64,000 nucleotides of DNA, from positions 128,001-192,000 of the forward strand of contig JANNXA010000014.1 in assembly GCA_031409275.1 (NCBI GenBank), read 5' to 3'. The notes beneath the pieces were generated by a model. The model had not been told where the DNA came from, did no database searches, and saw nothing but the letters and a program-made list of their open reading frames with translations. How positions within the stretch are numbered: position 1 is the first letter of the stretch; each line of letters opens with the position of its first letter. A program made the translations under genes and the position numbers. The stretch comes from Planctomycetota bacterium (lineage in GTDB: Bacteria > Planctomycetota > B15-G4 > SIAN01). Of this stretch, positions 50,312 to 59,820 are shown piece after piece.

Positions 50312-51337
50312 ATGACCGATCCTGCATCGCCCCACGGCTACCTCGACCTGCCGCCCGAGCAGCGCGACTACGCGACGGCCCGCATCGCCGTGCTGCCGTG
50401 TCCGTTCGACGGCACGTCGACCTACGGCAAGGGGGCCGACAAGGGGCCGGCGAAGCTGATCGAGGCTTCGGGCCAGGTCGAGTTCTTCGATCTCGAGCTG
50501 CGCCGCAAGGTGTGCGAGCGCGGCATCGTGACGCTGCCGGCCGTCGAGTTCGTCGACGACGATCCGGCGAAGGCCGTCGCAGCGATCGAGGCGGCGGCGC
50601 TGCCGGCGGTGCGCGACGGCAAGTTCCTGCTCGGCCTCGGCGGCGAGCACTCGGTCTCGATCGGCCTCACGCGAGCGGTGCGTGCGGTGCACGGCTCCTT
50701 CTCGCTCCTCCATGTCGATGCGCACGCCGACCTGCGCGCCGAGTGGCACGGCTCGCCGTACAACCATGCTTGCGCGATCCACGCGATCGCCGAAGACGAC
50801 CGCAAGGCGACGATCGTCTCGATCGGCATCCGGGCCGTCGGCGAGGAGGAGCTCGTCTACGCCAAGGAGCGCGGCGTCCACCTCTTTCCTGGACACACGC
50901 TGCGCCATCGAAAGAACTGGATCCGCGACGCAGTGAAGCTGCTGAAGGATCCGGTCTACGTGACGATTGACCTCGATGGGCTCGACCCGACCGTGATGCC
51001 GTCGACGGGAACACCGGTGCCGGGCGGCCTCGACTGGTGGCAGGTCGTCGATCTGGTTCGGGAGATCGGCCTGAAGAAGCGGGTGATCGCCTGCGACGTG
51101 AACGAGCTCAAGCCCGACGGCGTCAACCACCACTCCGAGTTCCTGGCCGCGCAGCTCAGCTACAAGATGCTGAACTGCTTCGTCGACCCGCCGCGCGCGG
51201 CCTCCAAAGCGAAGCGCAACCGCTCGAACCGTCCGCCGAAGGCGGCGGCCAGGACCGTGCGGCGCGCCGCCAAACGCCCCGCCACGAAAGCCGCTCGCGC
51301 GCCCGCACCGTCCGCCGCGAAACGGCGCCGCACCTGA
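50312..51337 (+). CDS. speB: agmatinase (ureohydrolase family) with basic C-terminal tail
   Basis: PFDGTSTY, GGEHS, HVDAHADLR, SIGIR, TIDLDGLDP, TGTPVPGG, DVNEL. Confidence 0.88.
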   Translation: MTDPASPHGYLDLPPEQRDYATARIAVLPCPFDGTSTYGKGADKGPAKLIEASGQVEFFDLELRRKVCERGIVTLPAVEFVDDDPAKAVAAIEAAALPAVRDGKFLLGLGGEHSVSIGLTRAVRAVHGSFSLLHVDAHADLRAEWHGSPYNHACAIHAIAEDDRKATIVSIGIRAVGEEELVYAKERGVHLFPGHTLRHRKNWIRDAVKLLKDPVYVTIDLDGLDPTVMPSTGTPVPGGLDWWQVVDLVREIGLKKRVIACDVNELKPDGVNHHSEFLAAQLSYKMLNCFVDPPRAASKAKRNRSNRPPKAAARTVRRAAKRPATKAARAPAPSAAKRRRT

Positions 51338-51399
51338 GCCACTGCGGCGCGCGTCTGGCAACGGCACGCGCGTTCGATGCGTTCGATGGTGTTCATTTC

Positions 51400-51597
51400 G
51401 GTGGCGGGGATGTTTCCACCACGTGCCCCGCACACCCGCACCATCCGACTCTTCCCCTCGGACAGCTGATGGCCGCTGGATCGACCGCCCATTCCGCGGG
51501 CGGCCGCTCAGCCAATCTCTAGTGGCACGGGGAGTCTCAATGACCCCACGGGTGGGATCGAGCGTGCGGGTCGCGCGGTGGAAACATCCCCGCCACC
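51400..51597. mobile_element. 198-bp element bounded by inverted repeats (REPIN/MITE-like)
   Basis: GGTGGCGGGGATGTTTCCACC (51400-51420) has its exact reverse complement at 51577-51597, extending imperfectly to about 39 bp. Each arm is itself a GGTGG...CCACC mini-hairpin. Confidence 0.6.
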
Positions 51598-51690
51598 ACT
51601 TCGCGCCACCACTTCGCGCCACCGATTCGGCGCCACCGCGTCGCCGCCGCGTCGCCGCCGATTCGAGCGCCGGCGATTGGCGCGATGGGA
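51591..51690. repeat. degenerate tandem repeats of CGCCACCACTTCG-like units
   Basis: CGCCACCACTTCG x2 (51591-51616), then CGCCACCGATTCGG, CGCCACCGCGT, CGCCGCCGCGT, CGCCGCCGATTCGAG. Confidence 0.7.
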
Positions 51691-51711
51691 GCGCCAACTC
51701 CGTGTCGCCGA

Positions 51712-52548
51712 TCAGACGAGGTACGACTTGCGGCGGAACTTGAGCAGCGCGAGGCCGAGCGCGAGGCCGCCGATCCAGAGCAGGACCTGGAGCGACGTGG
51801 CGGCGGGCAGCAGTTCGAGGTCGTACGGGCGCGCAAGGGTCTCGTAGCCGGGATCGCCCGACAACCGCGTGAGCACCGTGTAGATGTGGTGCAGCAGCGT
51901 GTAGCGCGCCATCGCACCGGGCATCGTCGCAGCGAACTGCTCCCACACGAACAGCAGTGCCAGGCCGACCAGCAGCGGCCACTTGATGACGACCGAAAGC
52001 AGCATGAAGACGGCGCAGTAGGCGAAAAGCGACAGCGCCATTCCGGCGAGCGCGACTCCGAGCATCGGCAGGTCGACCACCAACGCTTCGACGCCCATCT
52101 GCCCCACCGTCGCCAAGTAGAGCGTCACGAACGCGGCCCCCAGCAGCACCGTCGACGTGACCACCGCCGAGAGCCATCGCCCGAGCAGGAGCGCGCTGCG
52201 CGGCACCGGCCGCGTCAGCAGGTAGGGCAGCGTCTTCCCCTCGATCTCCTCGCCGAGCGCCCCGCATCCGACGAACAACGCCACGATCAGGTTCACACGC
52301 GGGAAATAGAAGGTCGTCAACATCTCGACGAAGCCAACGCCGCCCTTGGCGCCGGCTCCGGCGCGGAAGAGCTCGAGCGCCGGCGCGATCAACGGAAGCA
52401 GGCACAGCAGCGCGAGCGACACGCCGCGCCGCCCTCGCAGCAGGGTCAGCCCCGACACGCGCAGCGTCGCGACGATGCCGTCGACGAGCCCGCGCCGCGG
52501 CGGCCGGTCACGCGACGAGATAGTCGAAGATGGCTTGGAGATTGTCAT
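51712..52548 (-). CDS. ABC-2 type transporter permease
   Basis: GEEIEGKTLPYLLTRPVPR motif; about six TM segments. Confidence 0.88.
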   Translation of the reverse strand: MTISKPSSTISSRDRPPRRGLVDGIVATLRVSGLTLLRGRRGVSLALLCLLPLIAPALELFRAGAGAKGGVGFVEMLTTFYFPRVNLIVALFVGCGALGEEIEGKTLPYLLTRPVPRSALLLGRWLSAVVTSTVLLGAAFVTLYLATVGQMGVEALVVDLPMLGVALAGMALSLFAYCAVFMLLSVVIKWPLLVGLALLFVWEQFAATMPGAMARYTLLHHIYTVLTRLSGDPGYETLARPYDLELLPAATSLQVLLWIGGLALGLALLKFRRKSYLV

Positions 52549-53461
52549 CGGTCGATTCGTATTCCCGCACCACGATCCAGCCGTCCGCCGCCACGCGCCC
52601 GAGGCGATCGAAGAACCGCCCGGCATCCTTGACCTCGAAGTTCGCCTCGTTCGCGCCGACGCGCACGCTCACGACTCCCGCCTCCTCGAGCAGCAGTCGT
52701 GCGAGGCCGCGCGGATCGTCGGCCACGACCCGCACGTGGTGCGGCCGCTGGTCGAGCGCGCGGCGGATCTCGTCGATCGTCCCCTCGGCCAGCACGCGAC
52801 CTCGATGCACCAGCGCGATGCGGCGCGTCATCTTCTCGACTTCATGCAGCACGTGACCCGACACGATGACCGTGTGCCCCGCCGCGCCGAGTTCGCGCAC
52901 CAGGTCGATGATCTCGCGCCGTCCCACCGGGTCGAGCCCGTTCAGAGGCTCGTCGAGCACGATCACTTCGGGGTTGTGAGCGATCGCCTGCGCGATGCGC
53001 AACCGCTGCCGCATCCCCTTGCTGTAGGCGCCGACCTTCTTCTCGGCCGCCGCGGCAAGGCCGACGCGCGCCAACGCCTGCTCGGTCCGCGCGTGCGCTT
53101 CGCTGGCCGCGAAGCCGCCGTAGTGCAGCAGCACGAAGAGGTGGCGACGACCGGTGAGGTGGTCCCAGAGCTGTTCGTGCTCGGGCGAGTGGCCGAGTCG
53201 CCCGGCGAGGTCGGCGTTGGCGAACGGAGCGGCCCCTAGCACGCGCACGACGCCCTGGCTCGGCGCCATCTGCCCCGTCATCAGGCGCATCAACGTCGAC
53301 TTGCCGGCGCCGTTGGGACCAAGCAGCCCGGTCACACCGGGCTGGAACGCGAGCGTCACGTCGTTCAGCCCGATGACCGGTCCGTACCAATGCGACACGC
53401 GTTCCAGCTGAACGGGTGCGGTTGGTACCGGTGTCATCTCGGGAGTGAGGTCGCCGCTCAT
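52508..53461 (-). CDS. ABC transporter ATP-binding protein
   Basis: GPNGAGKS, YSKGMRQR, LDEPLNGLD. Confidence 0.94.
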   Translation of the reverse strand: MSGDLTPEMTPVPTAPVQLERVSHWYGPVIGLNDVTLAFQPGVTGLLGPNGAGKSTLMRLMTGQMAPSQGVVRVLGAAPFANADLAGRLGHSPEHEQLWDHLTGRRHLFVLLHYGGFAASEAHARTEQALARVGLAAAAEKKVGAYSKGMRQRLRIAQAIAHNPEVIVLDEPLNGLDPVGRREIIDLVRELGAAGHTVIVSGHVLHEVEKMTRRIALVHRGRVLAEGTIDEIRRALDQRPHHVRVVADDPRGLARLLLEEAGVVSVRVGANEANFEVKDAGRFFDRLGRVAADGWIVVREYESTDDNLQAIFDYLVA

Positions 53462-54437
53462 TTGCCGGCCTCGACGACGACGTCCTGGCGACGCAGCACC
53501 GACACCAGCACCAGCAACGATGCGCCGCACCACGCGAGGACCGACACGGTCGCCTGCAGCGGCGTCGACGAGGCGAAGACCTTCACGGTCTCGAACAACC
53601 CTTGCAGGTTGGCGCGCACCATCGGCTCCGCTTCGCTGGTCGCCCGCTCGAAGAGGCCGGCGATGTCGAAGAGGTGGTAGCCCAGCGAGAAGAGCGCGTC
53701 GTTGGGCGACACGGCGGCGAGCGCCGACACACCGCGATGGCTGCCCGCCATCGAAGTGAACGATGGCAACAGGATCACCAGCGAGAACCAGATGAGCCCC
53801 GCGAACATCGGCCGCCGGCAGATCGAGGAGACGGCGAGGATCGTGAGCGAATAGACCAGGATCACCGCCATGTTCTGCGCGATGATCGGCAGGAGATGGG
53901 GCATCGCGTCGCGCAGCGCATGCTCGCCCGGATCGGCCATGACGCCGACGGCCCACAACACGAGGTTCGGCACCAGCGTGAAGAGCGCCATGAACCAGCC
54001 GATCACGCCGACCTTGCCGAGGATGTAGTCGGTCAGCGTGAGCGGCCGTGACAGGTAGAGCGGAAGCGCGCCGCTGGCGCGATCACGAGCGATCAGGCCC
54101 GAGCCGAAGAGGACGGCGTAGATCATCAGGAAGAGCGAGTTGATGCGGGTGAGCGCCGGGTACTGGATCACGCGATAAGGGGCCACCTGATCGAAGAACT
54201 TGAACATCTCCGGCGGCAGGAAGTCGGGGCGGAAGTAGAAGAAGTAGTTGATGAGGAAGAGCGCGAGCGTCGGGACGCAGCTCGCCGCCATGAACAGCCG
54301 CAGCGTGAGCGTCAGCAGCCAGCCGCCCTTGGTGGCGAGCGCGTTCTTCACGCCCATCGTGACGATCGGCCAGGCGCGGAACGCGCGGCGCTTGAGCTGG
54401 CCGTCCCAATGGCGATACGAGCGGTCGTAGACCGGCA

Positions 54438-54438
<1 letters not shown>
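53458..54438 (-). CDS. ABC-2 type transporter permease
   Basis: MPVYDRSYRHW, LIARDRASGALPLYLSRP; multiple TM segments. Confidence 0.88.
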
Positions 54439-55370
<932 letters not shown>

Positions 55371-55615
55371 CGGCCTGGCGTCGCGATCCTCGGCGGGCGC
55401 AGCGGCGGGGGCAGCGTCGATCAATCGCATCTCGCAAACGGCCTGCGGTCGCGGCAGCGCCGGAACCGGGAGGGAATCGAAGCGGCGCATGATAGGTCGG
55501 GCCGCGCGGCGACGAGCCATCCGCGCGCTGACGAAGCGGCGGCACGCGGCGCGGCCCGAAACCACTCGGCAGGGTCCGGGGTTCAATCGTCGCCCCCCTT
55601 TCTGGAGGACTGCCG

Positions 55616-55909
55616 ATGTTCACGACCCTCTGTTCCGCGCTCGCGCTCGCCGCGGCGGCCACTTTTTCGACCGCAGACGAGCCAGGCGCCGCGCGCCACG
55701 ACCAGCGACCGAGCGCGACCACGCGCGCGCAGCTGAAGCGCCTCATCGAACGCCATCCGCGGCTCGCGCGCCACTGGCGGACCGCCCGCGCCGATCGGTG
55801 GCGCGAAAGGCTCGACGCCGGTCGAGCGCAAGCCGGCGAGGCCAGGCCACGCGGCCCGCGAACCGACCGCCAGGACACGGCCCGCTCGCGGCGGCGCCGC
55901 GCGATCTGA
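55616..55909 (+). CDS. small secreted Arg-rich hypothetical protein
   Basis: RBS GGAGG at about 55604; Sec-like signal MFTTLCSALALAAAATFSTA; fills an otherwise empty gap. Confidence 0.6.
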   Translation: MFTTLCSALALAAAATFSTADEPGAARHDQRPSATTRAQLKRLIERHPRLARHWRTARADRWRERLDAGRAQAGEARPRGPRTDRQDTARSRRRRAI

Positions 55910-56004
55910 CCGCCCCACCCACGCGACCGACATCCCCCGACCGACCTCCCCCCGCCGGCAGCCGCAGCCACCGCGCGCGCTGCCGGAGCGCCAGCTCGCC
56001 GCGG

Positions 56005-57159
56005 TCAGCTCGACGCGGCGGGGCTGGCGACCTTGTCGAAGTCGCCGGCGTCGGTGCTGCGATTGACGAGGTAGCAGCTCTTGCAGGCGCCAAACGGGTC
56101 GTCGGAGTGGACGCGGCGGCGCATCTCGCGGTACTTCGGACCGTTCCACTCGGCGAAGAAGTCGGAGCTCTTCACGTTGCCGTTCACGTGGATGCCGGCG
56201 AGGCAGCATGGCACCACGTCACCGAACGGGCCGACGTACATGCGCTGCCAGAGGAACCAGCAGCGGATCGGCGGCCCTCTCGGCGGCGGCGGCGAGCCGT
56301 CGGCGGCGGCGACGGCGAATGGCGGCGGCAGGTTGACCGACAACTGCAGCTCGCGCGCCACTTCGGCGGCACGCGCCAGCATCTCGTTGGTGCGCTGCTT
56401 GGACTCGAGCGACGTATCGAGCATCTCGTCCTGCACTGATTCGTCGGCCACCATGCGCACGAGGTGGGAAACGGTCACGTGGTCGCCGCCAAGTTCTTTC
56501 GCGAGGCGCAGGAAGGCGGGCAGCTCGGGCAGCGTCCGCTTCATCAAGATCGTGTTGAAGTGGAGCAGCGCCCGCTGCGCGACGGGCAACGCCGCGCGTG
56601 CGCGTCCGTACGCGCGCACGTTCCCGACCACCTCGTCGAAGTCGGCGCCGATGCGCAGCGAGTCGTAGGTCGCTTTCGTGGCGCCATCGATCGAGACGGT
56701 CAGCAGCCCCATGATCCCGGCCATGCGCTCGATCAGCCGCTCGCCCTTCATCAAAGTGGCGTTGGTCACCATCTCGAGCTTCACGCCGAAGCGGTCCATG
56801 TCGTCGAACTTCTCGGCGAGGCGCGGCGTCATCATCGGCTCGCCGAACGCGGAGAGCTGGACGATCTCGGCGGCGGGATAGAGCTCCTCGAGGACCTTGC
56901 GGTAGATCGGCTCCTCCATGCGCCAGTCGATGCCCTTGCCGTACGCCTGCGGGCAGAACGAGCACGAGAGGTTGCAGACCGTCGAATTGGTGGTGTTGAT
57001 CCAGGTCGGCAGCGAGTCGCACACCTCGGCGTCCTGAACCTCCGCCGCCTCGGCGCGCCGCCGGTTCTCCGCCTTCAGCGCGGCCAGCTCCGCACGCGAC
57101 GGAATCGAGCCGGCGCGCACCTGCGCGGTGACCTCGCGAAGTCGGGGAAGGAAGTCCAT
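56005..57159 (-). CDS. radical SAM protein with SPASM/Twitch domain
   Basis: CNLSCSFC, GEPM, TNAT, SIDG; C-terminal CWFLW...GDVVPCC...CKSC. Confidence 0.92.
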   Translation of the reverse strand: MDFLPRLREVTAQVRAGSIPSRAELAALKAENRRRAEAAEVQDAEVCDSLPTWINTTNSTVCNLSCSFCPQAYGKGIDWRMEEPIYRKVLEELYPAAEIVQLSAFGEPMMTPRLAEKFDDMDRFGVKLEMVTNATLMKGERLIERMAGIMGLLTVSIDGATKATYDSLRIGADFDEVVGNVRAYGRARAALPVAQRALLHFNTILMKRTLPELPAFLRLAKELGGDHVTVSHLVRMVADESVQDEMLDTSLESKQRTNEMLARAAEVARELQLSVNLPPPFAVAAADGSPPPPRGPPIRCWFLWQRMYVGPFGDVVPCCLAGIHVNGNVKSSDFFAEWNGPKYREMRRRVHSDDPFGACKSCYLVNRSTDAGDFDKVASPAASS

Positions 57160-57172
57160 GCGTCCTCGCTGG

Positions 57173-58903
57173 TCAGCGCGTCAGCAACGCGAGCGGCTCG
57201 GCGCTCGCCGAGAGAAAGTCGTGACGCCACAGCGTGCCATCCGGAGCGTGCAGGAAATAGAGATAGCGCCCGTTGGCGCCGAAGGCGGGTGGCGTATCGA
57301 GGCGCGCCGCGGCGGCGATCGGCCGCGGTGCCGCCTCACGATCGGCGGCGAGCGCCACGAAGGACGCGAACGCGAGCGTGCACCCGGCGCTCGGTGCTGC
57401 GCCGGCCGGCTTCGCGAAGAGCAGTCCGTTGCTGCCCGACGCCGCGATCGGCTGGAGCGCGCCGCTCCAGATCAGCGCCGGCCGCTCGCCCGGCCGTGCG
57501 GTCACGCGCACGACCTGGTGACGGGACGCTCCGGCAGGCCCGGCTCGATCGGCGGGTGCCTCGCAGAAGAGCAGGAGTTCGGCGCCGTCCCCGGCGGGCA
57601 GCAGCGACACGACGTGCAACGGCAGATCGAGCAGCCACGGCGCCAGGTGCTCGCCGGCCTCGCGACCGCGGCGCTCGCTGAACTGGAGCTGCGTCCCGGC
57701 GGCGGTATCGACGACGGCGCACCAGAGGAAAGGCAGCGCGACCACCGCGCGGCAACTCGCGCGCGCGCACTCGAGGAGCGCCTGCAGTTCGCCATCGACG
57801 TCGATGCACTCGGCGCGGCCATCGAGGCTCGCCCGAACCAGCGTCCCCGCGCCCTGAACGAAGTCGACGCGACGCAAGCCATCCACGCGGCGCGAAACCG
57901 TGCGCGGCGCCGACATGGAGTGGAGCCGCTGCACGAACGTGCCCGACGCGCGACTCTGGACTTCGAGGACGAGTCCGGTCGCGGGCGATACCTCGACCCG
58001 GCCCGCCAGGCGCTGGCGCGTGCCGCTGGCGAGTTCGAGCAGCACGAAGCCGTCCGTCGGCGCCGACTCGATCACCAGCACGGCGCCGCCGGCAGCGAAC
58101 GCGAGACGGTTCGGCTCGACGTCGAGCTCGAACCAGCGCGGCTCCGCCGGCTCGCGCACGCCCTCGATCGAGAGCAACAGGACCCCGCCGAGAGTCGCCG
58201 TGCTACGACGCATGCCAATCGCCAGTTGCCCGCTCGCCTCATCGAGCGCGAAGGTGCAGGCGGGCTCCGTGCGGGCATCCGCTGCGTCCGCGAGGTCCGC
58301 GGCGCATGCGGCCAGCGGCGGATAGGAATCGCGCAGCACACCGCCGTTCAGGCGATCGCCGCGGTCGTTCGGCTCGAAGGGCACCGCCGCGTCGACGCGC
58401 GCGGGCGCCATGCCGGGCGTTGCTCCCACCACCAGCAGCTCTTCGAGCCGGCCCGACCACAACTTGCCATCGCCGCGACGCCGCAGCGGCAGGCGGAACT
58501 CGAGTTCGAGCGGGCCGCTGCGCAACGGCGCCGCCGACGCCAGCGCGCGCAGCTCCGCCGGACGCGCCACCCAATCGGCCACTGGATCGTGGACCTCGTG
58601 CAACTCGACGTCGCCCAACCGAGCGCGCGCCACCACCACTTCGCCATCGGCCAGGAAACGCAGATTCGTCGCGGTCGAAGGCAGGCGCAGCTCGCCGCGC
58701 CAGGTGCCCCGCAGCTCGAACGGATCGGGCGAGAAGCCGATGGCGAGCGCTGCGCCGTCGAGTTGCTGGCCGGCCAGATGCTCGGCCGCGCGCCGCTCGC
58801 GCGAGCGATCGATCTGGAATGGCGCGGTCGCTGCGACGCGCCAGGTCGCCGCCGCGATCGCGATCGCACCAACCCATCCCAGCGCGATCGTGCGGCGGTT
58901 CAT
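57173..58903 (-). CDS. secreted or anchored hypothetical protein, possibly beta-propeller-rich
   Basis: N-terminal hydrophobic signal; ATGA overlap with the upstream kinase; C-terminal TolB-like PAFGANGRYLYF segment. Confidence 0.65.
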   Translation of the reverse strand: MNRRTIALGWVGAIAIAAATWRVAATAPFQIDRSRERRAAEHLAGQQLDGAALAIGFSPDPFELRGTWRGELRLPSTATNLRFLADGEVVVARARLGDVELHEVHDPVADWVARPAELRALASAAPLRSGPLELEFRLPLRRRGDGKLWSGRLEELLVVGATPGMAPARVDAAVPFEPNDRGDRLNGGVLRDSYPPLAACAADLADAADARTEPACTFALDEASGQLAIGMRRSTATLGGVLLLSIEGVREPAEPRWFELDVEPNRLAFAAGGAVLVIESAPTDGFVLLELASGTRQRLAGRVEVSPATGLVLEVQSRASGTFVQRLHSMSAPRTVSRRVDGLRRVDFVQGAGTLVRASLDGRAECIDVDGELQALLECARASCRAVVALPFLWCAVVDTAAGTQLQFSERRGREAGEHLAPWLLDLPLHVVSLLPAGDGAELLLFCEAPADRAGPAGASRHQVVRVTARPGERPALIWSGALQPIAASGSNGLLFAKPAGAAPSAGCTLAFASFVALAADREAAPRPIAAAARLDTPPAFGANGRYLYFLHAPDGTLWRHDFLSASAEPLALLTR

Positions 58904-59820
58904 CGGGCGCTCCGGATCACGACGCCCGACTGCAACTCGCGCCAGCGCGCCGCTTCGAACTCGCAAACCAGCAGCTGCTCGGCATTGGCCGACCCGGCCG
59001 CGGCGCCGTAGCGCAGCGCCTCCTCCAGCGAGCGCCCCTGGTCGAGCGCCAGCGCGAACGCGCCGGTGAGTGCATCCCCCGAACCGACGGCGTTCACTTC
59101 GCGGATCGACGGCGGCGCGACGATGAGGTGACCGCTGCCGCTGACGCAGTGCAGCGCATGCGGACCGTCGGAGACGAGGATGCCGTCCGCTCCGAGCTGT
59201 TCGCGCAGGCGCGGCAGCTCGGCCGTGGACGCCAACCCGTTGGTCGAGCGCAACTCGTCGAGGTTCGCGCGTACCCAGTGCGGAGGGACGCGCGCCGCCT
59301 CGTTGGCAGCCGGCCCATAGGCATCGAGCACGACGCGTTTGCCGGCCGCGCGCGCGGCGGCCACGAACTCGCGTGGCAGCGCGCTGAATGGCCCCGGCGG
59401 CGTGCTGCCGTTCACGGTGACCGTCGTGACCTGCGTCAACAACGTCGCGAAGCGCACGCGCAGCATCTCGGCCTCGCGCTCGTCGCCGCTGCCGCCTTCT
59501 TCCAGGAACTCGCGGAAATGGTCATGGGCGAGATCGTAGAGACAGGTCGAGAGGCGCGTCGGCGCGGCCACGGGCACCAGTTCGGCGACCACCCCTTCGC
59601 GAGCGAGGCACTCCCGAAGCATCGCACCGGTCGGGCCGCTGGCCGTCGACAGCGCCACCGCTTCGCCGCCCAGCCGCACGATGACGCGCGCCGCATTCAG
59701 CCCCTTGCCGCCGGCGCTCGACCGCTCGCGCACGCCGCGCACGACGGTCCGCGGAGGCGCCTCCTCGCGATAGACGAGGTAGCGGTGCACGCAGGGGTTC
59801 AGGGTCACCGTGAGGATCAT
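58900..59820 (-). CDS. PfkB family (1-phosphofructokinase-like) carbohydrate kinase
   Basis: [34 protein letters not shown]. Confidence 0.92.
   Translation of the reverse strand: MILTVTLNPCVHRYLVYREEAPPRTVVRGVRERSSAGGKGLNAARVIVRLGGEAVALSTASGPTGAMLRECLAREGVVAELVPVAAPTRLSTCLYDLAHDHFREFLEEGGSGDEREAEMLRVRFATLLTQVTTVTVNGSTPPGPFSALPREFVAAARAAGKRVVLDAYGPAANEAARVPPHWVRANLDELRSTNGLASTAELPRLREQLGADGILVSDGPHALHCVSGSGHLIVAPPSIREVNAVGSGDALTGAFALALDQGRSLEEALRYGAAAGSANAEQLLVCEFEAARWRELQSGVVIRSAR

Noticed and set aside
51591..51690. Repeat run as a CRISPR array
   Set aside because: Units are 11-15 nt, contiguous, with no spacers, and there are no cas genes.
55924..55951. Direct repeat CGACCGAC(A/C)TCCCC x2 between convergent genes
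   Set aside because: Two short low-complexity copies; no functional claim can be supported.
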